A stretch of DNA of 64,000 nt from Chthoniobacterales bacterium (lineage in GTDB: Bacteria > Verrucomicrobiota > Verrucomicrobiia > Chthoniobacterales > Chthoniobacteraceae), in NCBI GenBank assembly GCA_038207335.1, contig JBBQZX010000020.1, forward strand, positions 1 through 64,000, written 5' to 3'. Below are positions 18,308 to 29,834 of this stretch, piece by piece. Position numbers and translations under genes: made by a program. The notes under the pieces are model-generated. The model worked only from the letters and a program-made list of their open reading frames with translations. It made no database searches and was not told where the DNA came from. Every line of letters begins with the position of its first letter. The stretch's first letter is position 1.

Positions 18308-19034
18308 AATCGCCGTCGTCATCCCAGCCCGCTACGGCTCGACTCGCTTCCCCGGCAAGCCGCTGCATCCCGTCGCCGGCAAGCTGCTCATCCAGCGCGT
18401 GTGGGATCGCTGCCGCAAAGCCAAAGGCATCGATAGCATCGTGATCGCGACCGACGACACCCGCATCGCGGATGCGGCGAAAGCCTTTGGCGCTGAAGTG
18501 GCGATGACATCCAGCAAGCACCGCAGTGGCACCGATCGCTGCTCGGAAGTCGCCGGGCTGCTCGCCGAGTTCACGCATTTCATCAATGTGCAAGGCGACG
18601 AGCCGATGATTGACCCGAGTCTCATTTCAAGGCTGGCAAAGGAACTAGCGGCCGATCCGAGAATCGGAATGATCACCGCCGCGACGACCTTCGGACCAGA
18701 CGAGGACGTGAAGAATCCGAACGCCGTGAAGGTGGTCCTCGATCGCGAGTCCAACGCGATTTATTTCTCGCGCAGCGCGATCCCATTCGTCCGCGACCTC
18801 GATGCGAGCGCGACGTATCTGAAGCACCAAGGCATCTACGGGTTCACAAAGGAATTCCTGCTGCAATTCGTGAAATGGAAGCCCGGCCGGCTCGAGGGAC
18901 TCGAGCAACTCGAGCAACTGCGCGTGCTCGAAAACGGCGAAAAGATTCGCGTCGTCATCGCGAAAACCGCATCCGTCGGCATCGATGTTCCCGCCGATGT
19001 CGCAGCCGTCGAGCGGCTCCTCGCAGCGCGCTAA
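18297..19034 (+). CDS. kdsB: 3-deoxy-manno-octulosonate cytidylyltransferase
   Basis: [43 protein letters not shown]. Confidence 0.96.
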   Translation: MPARIAVVIPARYGSTRFPGKPLHPVAGKLLIQRVWDRCRKAKGIDSIVIATDDTRIADAAKAFGAEVAMTSSKHRSGTDRCSEVAGLLAEFTHFINVQGDEPMIDPSLISRLAKELAADPRIGMITAATTFGPDEDVKNPNAVKVVLDRESNAIYFSRSAIPFVRDLDASATYLKHQGIYGFTKEFLLQFVKWKPGRLEGLEQLEQLRVLENGEKIRVVIAKTASVGIDVPADVAAVERLLAAR

Positions 19035-19056
19035 ACGCTCACCTTTTCTCCACACC

Positions 19057-20661
<1,605 letters not shown>

Positions 20662-20794
20662 AAGCGCTGACTCCAATTCTTCCTGGGAATCCTTCGGAGC
20701 CGATCGAGGACGAGTAGGAGTAGAAGGAAGAGGCCGATAAGCGCTCTCCGATTTTGCAAACCCGCAATTCTTCACGCGCTTGAGTTCAGCCCAA

Positions 20795-22108
20795 ATGCCA
20801 GTACGCGCCCGCTCCATCACCCTCCTCACCGCGACTTGCCTCGTCGTCGCGAACATGGTCGGCACCGGGGTCTTCACGAGCCTCGGTTTTCAGGTTGGCG
20901 ACATTCCCTCCGGCTTTGCGATCCTTTTGCTGTGGCTCATCGGCGGGCTGTGCGCCCTCTGTGGATCGCTCGCATACGCCGAACTCGCTGCGGCGCTTCC
21001 GCGATCGGGCGGCGAGTATCACTTTCTCTCGAAAATCTATCACCCGGCCGTCGGTTTCCTCGCCGGCTGGATCTCCGCGACCGTTGGCTTCGCTGCGCCC
21101 GTCGCGCTCGCGGCAATGGCATTTGGGCGTTACTTCGCCACCGTCTTTCCCGGCCTCGATCCCCGCCTCCCATCGGTCGCCGCCGTCGCCCTCGTCACAG
21201 CCGTGCATCTACGCGGCGGCGGCATTGGCAGCCTTTTCCAAAACATCGCCACCTCGCTGAAGATCCTTCTCATTCTCGCCCTGATCGTCGCCGGGATGCT
21301 CTTCCGCCATCCCCAGCCCGTCGCCTTTCTCCCGCACACGGGCGACGCCGCGCTCACCGCCAGCGCCCCTTTTGCCACCAGCCTCGTCTATGTCATGTAC
21401 GCCTACTCCGGCTGGAATGCCTCCACCTACATCGTCGCCGAGATGCGCGACCCCGCGCACGACATCCCCCGCTCCGTCGCCCTCGGGACCGTTTTCGTCA
21501 TCGCGCTCTACCTGGCGCTGAATGCTGTCTTCCTCCTCGCCGCCCCAATGTCCGAGCTCGCGGGGAAACTCGAAGTCGGCCAGGTCGCCGCCGCCCACAT
21601 CTTCGGCCCCGCCGGCGGCCGCATCATGGCTGGCCTCATCTGCGCCGGTCTCGTCTCGTCCCTCAGCGCCATGACTTGGGTCGGCCCACGCGTCGCCATG
21701 TCCATGGGCGAAGATTGCCACCCCCTGCGCTTCCTCGCCCGCAAAAGCCCCGCGCAAATCCCCGTCACCGCCATCCTTTTCCAAAGCCTCATCGTCCTCC
21801 TCCTCATCGCCACCGCCACCTTCGAGGCCATCCTCACCTACATCCAGTTCAGCCTCACCGCCTGCTCCTTCCTCACCGTCCTCGGCGTCTTCGTCCTCCG
21901 TCGTCGCCAGCCCGCGCTCGCGCGCCCCTACCGCACATGGGGTTACCCCGTCACCCCCCTCTTCTTCCTCGCCGTCAGCGCGTGGATGATGTGGCACCTC
22001 CTCCACTCCCACCCGCGCGAATCCCTCCTCGGCCTCGCCACCATGCTCCTCGGCCTCGCCATCTACTGCCTCTCGAGCACCCGCACCGCACAGTCATCCT
22101 CCGAATGA
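20795..22108 (+). CDS. Amino acid permease (APC superfamily)
   Basis: NMVGTGVF, YAELAAALPRSGGEY, YAYSGWN, RPYRTWGYP; many TM segments. Confidence 0.92.
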   Translation: MPVRARSITLLTATCLVVANMVGTGVFTSLGFQVGDIPSGFAILLLWLIGGLCALCGSLAYAELAAALPRSGGEYHFLSKIYHPAVGFLAGWISATVGFAAPVALAAMAFGRYFATVFPGLDPRLPSVAAVALVTAVHLRGGGIGSLFQNIATSLKILLILALIVAGMLFRHPQPVAFLPHTGDAALTASAPFATSLVYVMYAYSGWNASTYIVAEMRDPAHDIPRSVALGTVFVIALYLALNAVFLLAAPMSELAGKLEVGQVAAAHIFGPAGGRIMAGLICAGLVSSLSAMTWVGPRVAMSMGEDCHPLRFLARKSPAQIPVTAILFQSLIVLLLIATATFEAILTYIQFSLTACSFLTVLGVFVLRRRQPALARPYRTWGYPVTPLFFLAVSAWMMWHLLHSHPRESLLGLATMLLGLAIYCLSSTRTAQSSSE

Positions 22109-22135
22109 TCCACTAGTCTTCTCATCTTTCCTTCG

Positions 22136-23161
22136 ATGAAAATCACATCCATCTCTGCGCTCACCCTCCTGCTCCTCGCCGTCGCGGCCCTCGCCGGCGC
22201 CCCATCCCCCGACGACCAAGCCCGCTTTCTCGCCGGCCTCCCCGTCCGCAACTCCGCCCTCGCACCCTTCTCCCGCGACGCGGCATACGTCGAACACGCC
22301 ACCTTCCTGGACAAAGCCTGGGCCGCCAAAGAACACCGCTCCCTCGCCCCCATCAGCGCGTGGGCCGAGGCCACTGGTGCCAACTTTCACCACAGCGCCG
22401 CCCCGCTCTACTACATGTTCAGCGGTCCAGACTTCCTCTACGCCCGCACCTTCTTCCCCGACGCCAGCACCTACATCCTCTGCGGCACCGAGCCTGTCGG
22501 TGCGGTCCCCGACATCACCCGCATCCCGCCCCAGCAGCTCGCTGCCTCACTCGGCGACCTCCGCCAGAGCATGGCCACGATGCTCAGCTACCACTACTTC
22601 ATCACGAAGGAAATGCGCGTGAACCTCCAGCGCGACGAACTCGGCGGCACCCTCCCCATCCTCTATGTTTTCCTCGCGCGTCTTGGCTGCACCGTCCGTG
22701 ATGTCGCATTCATCGGCAACCCCGCGCCCGGCGTCCGCGTCACTTTCCGTGGCCCCGGCGGTCGCACGCAGACCCTCTTTTATTTCAAAGTCGATCTCTC
22801 CAACGGCTCCTCCTCCGGCTTCCTGAAATGGTGCGCCTCGCAAGGCCCCGGCAACTCCCTCCTCAAAGCCGCTTCCTACCTCCTTTCCTCCGACACCTTT
22901 TCCGCCACCCGCCGCTTCCTCCTCGATGAAAGCCGCACCATCGTCCAGGACGACTCCGGCATCCCCCTCCGCGCCTTCGACGACCGCTACAGCCTCCGCC
23001 TCTACGGCAAATACGTCGGGCCAAAAGAAATCTTCGACCAATACTACCAGCGCGACCTCATGGACGCCTACGAGCGCAAAAACGAAGGCCCCCTCGCCTT
23101 CGGCTTCGGATACTGGGTCCAGCCCAGCCGCGCCGTCCTTATCGTCGCGGAGAAAAAGTAG
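22136..23161 (+). CDS. Secreted hypothetical protein
   Basis: Signal peptide; 341 aa; 27 bp after the permease; motifs YMFSGPDFLY and LLKAASYL; no function recognised. Confidence 0.8.
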   Translation: MKITSISALTLLLLAVAALAGAPSPDDQARFLAGLPVRNSALAPFSRDAAYVEHATFLDKAWAAKEHRSLAPISAWAEATGANFHHSAAPLYYMFSGPDFLYARTFFPDASTYILCGTEPVGAVPDITRIPPQQLAASLGDLRQSMATMLSYHYFITKEMRVNLQRDELGGTLPILYVFLARLGCTVRDVAFIGNPAPGVRVTFRGPGGRTQTLFYFKVDLSNGSSSGFLKWCASQGPGNSLLKAASYLLSSDTFSATRRFLLDESRTIVQDDSGIPLRAFDDRYSLRLYGKYVGPKEIFDQYYQRDLMDAYERKNEGPLAFGFGYWVQPSRAVLIVAEKK

Positions 23162-23183
23162 CATCGCTCTCACACTGCGGTGC

Positions 23184-23213
23184 TTGCCTGTCGGCGCTCG
23201 CGCGCTCTACTTT
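23184..23213 (+). promoter_or_regulatory. Probable sigma-70 promoter of rnpB
   Basis: TTGCCT-N18-TACTTT ending about 6 nt before the predicted RNA 5' end. Confidence 0.55.
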
Positions 23214-23219
23214 CGCGGA

Positions 23220-23643
23220 GCGGAGGGCAGACGATCGCTGTGGCGGGGTAAAATCCCGGCGCAGAGGAAAGTCCGAACACCTTCTGGCAACATGCCGCGC
23301 AGAACGCGCGGGCGCGTCGGGCGAAAGCTGGGCGCGACGGAAAGTGTCACAGAAAATAAACCGCCGCCGCGCCCGAGAGGGAGCGAAGGTCAGGGTGAAA
23401 AGGCGGGGTAAGAGCCCACCGCCCGGTGCGCAAGTGCCGGGGCACGAAAAACCCCATGTGGTGCAAGACAAAACAGGGAGCCGTGGTCGCCAGACCCGCG
23501 CAGACGTAAGTCCGCGCAGTTCCCGGGTACTAGTCGCCCCATCGCGAAAGCGAGGCGCGGCGCGCGAGCGTCGCGAGAGAAATGATCGTCCGAATCCTGC
23601 GCGTAAGCGTCGGAGGGACAGAATTCGGCTTATCGCCCTCCGC
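23220..23643 (+). ncRNA. rnpB: RNase P RNA, bacterial class A
   Basis: GAGGAAAGTCCG, GGAAAGTGTCACAGAAA, AGGGTGAAAAGGCGGGGTAAGAGCCCACC, AATGATCGTC, ACAGAATTCGGCTTAT; terminal P1 GCGGAGGGC/GCCCTCCGC. Confidence 0.97.
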
Positions 23644-23734
23644 ACATATTTTGTAGTCTCGGGAACGCAGGAAAGCCCGAAGCTCCGAGACCGCGCTGGT
23701 GTTTGGAATGCCACGCGTTTAAGCAGCGTCGCCC

Positions 23735-25594
23735 ATGTCCGAAGCCCCACGCATTCCGCGCTCGATCATTGCGTTGGCCGCAATTTTTGCCGCAGTGGTT
23801 TTCGCCGATTCGTGTTGGCGCTGGTGGACGTTTCAGTACGAGACGTTCGACCTCGCGTTCTACGTCCAGTCGCTCTGGCTCTCGCTCCGCGGAGTGTGGA
23901 AAGTCTCGCTGCTGGATGTCCCGATGCTCGGAAACCACGCCGAGCCGATCGTTTTCCTCGCGGTGCCGCTTTTCGCGCTCTGTCCTCATCCGATGCTACT
24001 CGTGGCGCTCCAGACACTCGCGCTCGCCACGCTCCCGCCCACGGGCTGGCGCATCGCGCAGCGTCTCGGGCTGGATGCGCGCACCTCCGTAATGCTCGCC
24101 GCGGCGACCGTGCTGATACCCGCGAGCGGCTTCGTCGCGCTGCACGAGTTTCATCCGGAGGCATTTGCCGCGCCGCTCATTTTGCTGATGATCGAGGCAC
24201 GGCTCGCGCGGCGGAGCGGCAGGTTCTGGCTATGGTTTGTCGCTGCGCTGGCGTGCAAGGAAAATGTGGCCTTGATGCTCGCCGGATACTGCGTGGTGCA
24301 TGCGTGGCTGGACCGCAAGGAAACGCCCGGCTGGCAGTGGCGCTGGAATTTCGCGCCGTTCCTTCTCGCGGCAGGCTGGCTCGGATTTTATGCGAAAGTG
24401 CTGAGCCCGGCGCTGAATGGCGGCAAGGTCGATTACGTCGAGCTTTACTCGCATCTGGGGCGGTCTGGCCCCGAGATCGTCGGCCATTTTTTCACCGCTC
24501 CGCAGGTTGCACTTTCCGCCATCTGGCGCGCGCTGACGTCGGGCGATCTTGTCTGGGCCATGCTACTGCCGCTGCTCGGGCTTCCGCTGCTCCGGCCGCG
24601 CTGGCTCTTGATCGCCGCGCCGCTGCTGTTGCAGCATCTGCTTTCGTGGCGCGCCTCGGAATGGTCGATCCGGCTCCACTACGCCGCGCCGCTCATCCCG
24701 CTGTTTTGGATCGCAAGCGCGGAGGCGCTGACCCGCACGCGGATGAGCCGAGGTTGGGCCTTGGCGATCGTCGGCGCATGCGTGATCGCGCAAGGCTGGC
24801 TCGGACCCGCGCGCAGTGTGATCGATGACATCGGGACCGCGGCGGAGAAGCAGCGCGACCGCGGATGGAAGGCAGCGCGGCTGGCGGAAATCCCGCCGGG
24901 TGCGAGCGTAACCGCGCCACTCCCGTATCTCTCTCATGTCGCAGCGCGGCGCGATCTTTACTCGCTCCACCACATCCTCAAGGGACTGAAAACGCTGAGC
25001 CGCGCGAGCTACGTCCCACCGCCGCCGACCGATGTCGTCGTCGTCGATTTTGGCGATGCGGAGACGTTCAGCGCGGCTTCGGGATACTACCATCCGCAGA
25101 TGCGCACGACGGATGGAAGGATCGTCCCATCGAGCGATACGCTGCTGCGCGGCTTCCTCAGCCGGAGCACTTGGCGCGAGTTCGCGCGAGACAGTTTTCA
25201 TGTCTTCACCTGCGGCGAGCCGCTGGCGCCGAGCATCGCCGCATCGGAGCCGGTGAAAATCAGCCCCGGACTGGCACTTTTGAATCACCGCTTCGCGATC
25301 GGCATGTCATCGATCGAGGCCGCTCTGGAATGGGAAGTCGCAGCCGAACCGCAGAGTTCTCCTTGGGCGATGCTCGTGGCCAAAGGCGCGACGGACCGCT
25401 GGACTGTGTTGAAAGGCTTGTGCGCTCCGACCGTGCTCATCGGACCGGCGGTGGAAAAATGGACGATCGATATCCCCCCGACCGCCGCTCCGGGAGACTA
25501 CGACCTCACCCTCGTTTTCTTCGACCATGCTTCCGACGCGCAAAAAGAACTCCCGCTTGGCGCTTTGCCACTCGGGAGATTCCATCTGCGATAG
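23735..25594 (+). CDS. DUF2079-like multi-pass membrane protein (GT-C glycosyltransferase-like)
   Basis: FDLAFYVQSLW, LGNHAEPI, FHPEAFA, CKENVAL, HYAAP motifs; many TM helices plus a soluble C-terminal domain. Confidence 0.72.
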   Translation: MSEAPRIPRSIIALAAIFAAVVFADSCWRWWTFQYETFDLAFYVQSLWLSLRGVWKVSLLDVPMLGNHAEPIVFLAVPLFALCPHPMLLVALQTLALATLPPTGWRIAQRLGLDARTSVMLAAATVLIPASGFVALHEFHPEAFAAPLILLMIEARLARRSGRFWLWFVAALACKENVALMLAGYCVVHAWLDRKETPGWQWRWNFAPFLLAAGWLGFYAKVLSPALNGGKVDYVELYSHLGRSGPEIVGHFFTAPQVALSAIWRALTSGDLVWAMLLPLLGLPLLRPRWLLIAAPLLLQHLLSWRASEWSIRLHYAAPLIPLFWIASAEALTRTRMSRGWALAIVGACVIAQGWLGPARSVIDDIGTAAEKQRDRGWKAARLAEIPPGASVTAPLPYLSHVAARRDLYSLHHILKGLKTLSRASYVPPPPTDVVVVDFGDAETFSAASGYYHPQMRTTDGRIVPSSDTLLRGFLSRSTWREFARDSFHVFTCGEPLAPSIAASEPVKISPGLALLNHRFAIGMSSIEAALEWEVAAEPQSSPWAMLVAKGATDRWTVLKGLCAPTVLIGPAVEKWTIDIPPTAAPGDYDLTLVFFDHASDAQKELPLGALPLGRFHLR

Positions 25595-25596
25595 GG

Positions 25597-25639
25597 GAAA
25601 AAATCAGCCGCCCGATCGCTTTCGCGAAAGGGCGGCTGA
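25597..25639 (-). terminator. Intrinsic terminator of the pilin gene
   Basis: 10-bp stem TCAGCCGCCC/GGGCGGCTGA (25604-25613, 25630-25639) followed on the minus strand by a T-tract. Confidence 0.75.
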
Positions 25640-25671
25640 GGAGTTGAGCGAGCTAGATGCTCGAAGATCGG

Positions 25672-26079
<408 letters not shown>

Positions 26080-26146
26080 TGTATTATGATTTCTGTTGTT
26101 AGGTTGTTTGCCGCGTGAGTTGTTCTCGCAGCGTGAAATGAGTAGT

Positions 26147-26162
26147 AGCAGCGTCGATGCCA
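26147..26162 (-). promoter_or_regulatory. Sigma-54 (-24/-12) promoter of the pilin gene
   Basis: Minus strand TGGCATCGACGCTGCT = TGGCA with GG-N10-GC spacing, about 70 bp upstream of the ATG. Confidence 0.7.
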
Positions 26163-26468
26163 CGTTGTTTTCACGAGATGCATTTCTGTTGAAAATGGCG
26201 GGCGATCGCGTGTCCTAAACTGCTCCGCGATCAAGCACTGACGGGCATTCGCAGGCGATTCCGGTCACGCAAAATATTTTTTAGATCCGCTAACTTGCTG
26301 CCTTCGAAGACGAGCCGCCAAATCGATGGCAACCGCTTAAGCGCGATGCAAGAGAAGCCCTTCAGACGCGCATCGGCTCCGCACTTCATAGGGTGATGCT
26401 CTCAATTCGCTTGGCTATCAGTGGCGGCGAGATATTCAGACGGCAGCAGCGCGTCCTTCTCACGGCGA

Positions 26469-26496
26469 CTGAAACACCTCTCAAAAACGATATAAT
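26469..26496 (+). promoter_or_regulatory. Possible sigma-70 promoter of the GT-C genes
   Basis: CTGAAA-N16-TATAAT (perfect -10 at 26491-26496). Confidence 0.45.
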
Positions 26497-26513
26497 CGCG
26501 AGTTTTCTCAAAA

Positions 26514-28337
26514 GTGCGCTTTCAATCACTCACTTCTGAGAGAAAACTCGGCTTTTTGATGCTTATCGCCGCCCTAGCGATGCAGCTTGGCGTACTTTTC
26601 CGCTTCTCTCACTCGGCCGATCTGGTGCCGCAGGGAGATGACATGAAGTTTTACAGCGACTGGGGACTCCGCATTGCGCATGGGCAGTGGACCGATGGCA
26701 AGGCGTTCTACGGGCTGCCGGGGTATGCCTACCTCTTGGCCGCATTTTACCGACCGCTCGGGCTCGCGCCTTTTGCCGTGGGGCTTTTGCAGGCTGTGCT
26801 CTTCGCGCTCACCGCTTTCGTGATTTTCCGGCTCGCGCTGCGCGTTTTCGCCGGCTCGGCGGTCAATGCCCGCGCGGTAGGCGTGCTCGCTGCGCTCGGA
26901 TGGACGTTTTTCACGCCGGCTCAGACTTTCTCGGTAGTGCTGATGCCGACGGTGATCGTGGCGCTGGTGTATTGGGCAATCGTCGCGTGGCTGCTGCAGA
27001 CGCGCGATGCAGGCATCGTGCTACCGTGGCTTTGGATGGGTCTCGCGATCGGCGCGATGTCGATGTGCGTGGCGACGATCCTCTTCGCCTTGCCCATGGC
27101 CGCGGTGACGATGTGGGGCGCGGTCGCGCCGGGAGGCGGCGTCCGGCAGCGCGCCGTGCGGTTGGCGGCGGCGGTGGCGGTTTTCGCGAGCGGGCTTTTC
27201 GCCGGCAGTTCGCCCGCGTGGCTGCACAATCGCCTAGTGGCACACGAGCCCGTCATGCTTTCGGCACACAGCGGGATTAATTTTTGGGTCGGCAACAACC
27301 CTGCCGCGACCGGCTATCCGAAGATGCCGCCGGGCATCCGCCCCTCGCAGGAGGCGATGCTACGCGACTCGATCACCCGCGCCGAGGCGGAGGCGGGCCG
27401 CCCGCTCAGCCGCGCAGAGGTATCGGAGCATTGGTCGAGAAAAGCGGACAACTACATCCACACACATTTTGCCGAATGGCTGCGGCTCATGGGGCGAAAA
27501 TTCCTCAACTTCTGGAACGCGTTTCAATACGACGACATCAGCACGATCACGATGCAGCGCGAGCAGGGCATCACCTGGCCGGGGCTGCGCTTCGGGTTCG
27601 TTGCGGCGCTCGGGCTCGGAGGAATGCTGCTCGCGATTTTCACCGCCCCACGCTCCCGCTGGATCGCAGCCGCAGTGCTGCTGCACATGCTCGCGGTGAT
27701 GCCGGTCTTCGTGACGGAGCGATACCGGCTCGCCGCGGTACCGGGGTTGTTGATTTTCGCCGCGTGGTGGGCGGTATCTCTGCACGCGCGGCTCGCGAGA
27801 CGCGAGTGGCGGCCCGCCCTGCCACTGCTCGCGGTCAGCGTCGCCACCGCCTGGTTTGTCTCGATACCGCGCGACGACACCACGCTCTGGTCACTCGATT
27901 ACTACAACGCCGCCATCCACGCGATTCGCGCGCATGATCTCGGAAGCGCACAGCGGAGCCTAAAGATCGCCGAATCCTACTCGCCATCCAGCGCCGAGGT
28001 GCAGTCCGAGCTCGGCAATATCGCGCTCGAGGAGAACCGCCGGGCCGACGCGAAAGCCCGCTACCGCCGCGCGCTCGAACTTAATCCCCGCCACGATGGC
28101 GTCCTGAACAATCTCGGCGTGATGGCGCTGCAAGAGCACTTCCCAGAAGTCGCCGAGAAATTTTTCATCGCAGGTCTCGAGATCGAGCCGCGCGATGCCT
28201 CGCGCCACTACCTCCTCGCCCGCGCGCGGCTCGAGCGCGGCGACATCGCCGGCGCGCGAGCCGCGATTGAAACCGCCCTGAAACTGAAACCCGGAGACTC
28301 CGAGTTTCTCCAATTTCGCACGAGCCTTCCGCTGTAG
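26514..28337 (+). CDS. GT-C-like (PMT/ArnT-like) membrane glycosyltransferase with C-terminal TPR repeats
   Basis: First-loop acidic pair QGDDMKFY; many TM helices; GINFWVGNNP loop; ERYR motif; TPR-like LGNIALEENRRADAKARYRRALELNP, LNNLGV, RHYLLARARL; start could be 26559. Confidence 0.72.
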   Translation: MRFQSLTSERKLGFLMLIAALAMQLGVLFRFSHSADLVPQGDDMKFYSDWGLRIAHGQWTDGKAFYGLPGYAYLLAAFYRPLGLAPFAVGLLQAVLFALTAFVIFRLALRVFAGSAVNARAVGVLAALGWTFFTPAQTFSVVLMPTVIVALVYWAIVAWLLQTRDAGIVLPWLWMGLAIGAMSMCVATILFALPMAAVTMWGAVAPGGGVRQRAVRLAAAVAVFASGLFAGSSPAWLHNRLVAHEPVMLSAHSGINFWVGNNPAATGYPKMPPGIRPSQEAMLRDSITRAEAEAGRPLSRAEVSEHWSRKADNYIHTHFAEWLRLMGRKFLNFWNAFQYDDISTITMQREQGITWPGLRFGFVAALGLGGMLLAIFTAPRSRWIAAAVLLHMLAVMPVFVTERYRLAAVPGLLIFAAWWAVSLHARLARREWRPALPLLAVSVATAWFVSIPRDDTTLWSLDYYNAAIHAIRAHDLGSAQRSLKIAESYSPSSAEVQSELGNIALEENRRADAKARYRRALELNPRHDGVLNNLGVMALQEHFPEVAEKFFIAGLEIEPRDASRHYLLARARLERGDIAGARAAIETALKLKPGDSEFLQFRTSLPL

Positions 28338-28441
28338 CCGGAATCGCCGTCCCGGCTGCATCGAGATCACGCTGCCACGCGTTTTTTAGTTGAGAGTTGC
28401 CCTCCCGGCAGGCAACGACTCCCGCGCGAACTCGCGCCTCC

Positions 28442-29794
28442 ATGCTCCACCCTGCCTCGCGCCGCCACCTCATCGCCGCTCTCCTGATATTGGCCGCCGG
28501 CATTTTTCTCCGCGTCTATCCCTCAGCCGGCTTTCACGGGGTCGGCTTCGACGAGGCTCTCTACCGCGACTTCGCGGTAAAACTCGACCGCGTCGGCTTC
28601 ACGAATTTCCCCGCGATCTGCGAAGTCTTCCTAGAAGACCAGCGCGACCCGGCGCACATGGCGAAACTGCCGCCGACCCGCGTTCTCTACATTGCATCCG
28701 CATGGGCATGGAAACGCATCGCGTCCGGCGATACCCCACCCGTCCCCCCGAACACACCGCACCTCACGGGCGACCCATATCTCGCCGCACTCCACAGCGT
28801 TTCCTGCGCGGCATCGATCCTCCTCCTCGCCACCGCAGGCGCGTTCGCATGGCGCATGGCTGGCCCCACGATGGGCCTCGGTGTGCTCGCGCTCATGGCC
28901 TGCGCACCCACACAGATTCATCTGGCGCAGCACGCGCTCATCGATGGCTTCTTCGCGTTCATCGCCACGCTGGCGCTCTGGCTTTTGTGGGAAAATCTCA
29001 GGCGTCCTAGCGACACACGCCTGCTCACCGCGCTAACCGTCGTGCTCGCGCTCATGGTGCTCACGAAAGAAAACGCGTTCTTCGTCTTCGTCGCCCTCTG
29101 CGGGATCATCGCCGCCAATCGCTGGGCGCGCTTCGGCACCGTTACGCCACGCCTGCTGATCGTCATGGTCGCAGGCCCACTCGCCGGCCTCCTCCTGCTG
29201 ATCTCACTCGCAGGTGGACCCTCGCCTTTCATCGAAATCTACCGCCTCCTCGTGACGAAAGCCGGCGCACTTCGCTACGCGATCATGACCGGTGATGGCC
29301 CGTGGTATCGCTACCTCGTCGATCTTCTCCTCGTGAGTCCCATCGTCTTGTGCCTCGCTATCGGCGGCCTTTTCACGTCCGTGAAAACGAGCCGTCCCCT
29401 GTGCTACCTGAGCGCGTTCATCGGCTTCAGCTACCTCATCATGTGCAACGTGCGATACGGGATGAACCTGCGGTACACCTCCATTTGGGACTTCCCACTG
29501 CGCGCCCTCGCCGTTGCACAGATCGGGCTCCTCGCCAGACCTATCGGCTTCTCCACCGCGAGCCTGCAAACGCGCGAACCGCACACGCTAGCTTCCAACC
29601 CGGAGTCAGCTTCACCCTCCGCTGCTCCGCTTTTTCGCAGCGAGTCCACACGCTGCGGCGCGTTGGTTTTCTGGCTCTTGATCGCAGCACTCGGCGCCTA
29701 CGAGATTCGGCAATATCGCATCTTTTTCCACGATTTCGGCCTCTACGAACTCGCCAGCGAAGGTCTCCTGCGCGCCGTGAAAATCCTCAAATAG
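28442..29794 (+). CDS. GT-C-like (ArnT/PMT-like) membrane glycosyltransferase
   Basis: First-loop GFDEALY (DE motif), ALIDGFF, LTKENAF; many TM helices. Confidence 0.65.
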   Translation: MLHPASRRHLIAALLILAAGIFLRVYPSAGFHGVGFDEALYRDFAVKLDRVGFTNFPAICEVFLEDQRDPAHMAKLPPTRVLYIASAWAWKRIASGDTPPVPPNTPHLTGDPYLAALHSVSCAASILLLATAGAFAWRMAGPTMGLGVLALMACAPTQIHLAQHALIDGFFAFIATLALWLLWENLRRPSDTRLLTALTVVLALMVLTKENAFFVFVALCGIIAANRWARFGTVTPRLLIVMVAGPLAGLLLLISLAGGPSPFIEIYRLLVTKAGALRYAIMTGDGPWYRYLVDLLLVSPIVLCLAIGGLFTSVKTSRPLCYLSAFIGFSYLIMCNVRYGMNLRYTSIWDFPLRALAVAQIGLLARPIGFSTASLQTREPHTLASNPESASPSAAPLFRSESTRCGALVFWLLIAALGAYEIRQYRIFFHDFGLYELASEGLLRAVKILK

Positions 29795-29834
29795 CCAGCG
29801 CCAAGGCGGTAGCCAGGCACACCGCGAATACGCT

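Noticed and set aside
20701..20733. Purine-rich degenerate hexamer run (GAGGAC GAGTAG GAGTAG AAGGAA) after pyrG
   Set aside because: Too short and degenerate to call; absence of kdsA after pyrG is also not informative alone
23139..24828. ORFs 23139-23750 (-) and 23344-24828 (+)
   Set aside because: Overlap rnpB and the DUF2079-like gene; Arg-rich and not protein-like
29545..29660. Ser/Pro/Ala-rich stretch with a small hairpin in the second GT-C gene, possibly an in-frame insertion
   Set aside because: Cannot be told from an ordinary variable loop without homolog alignment
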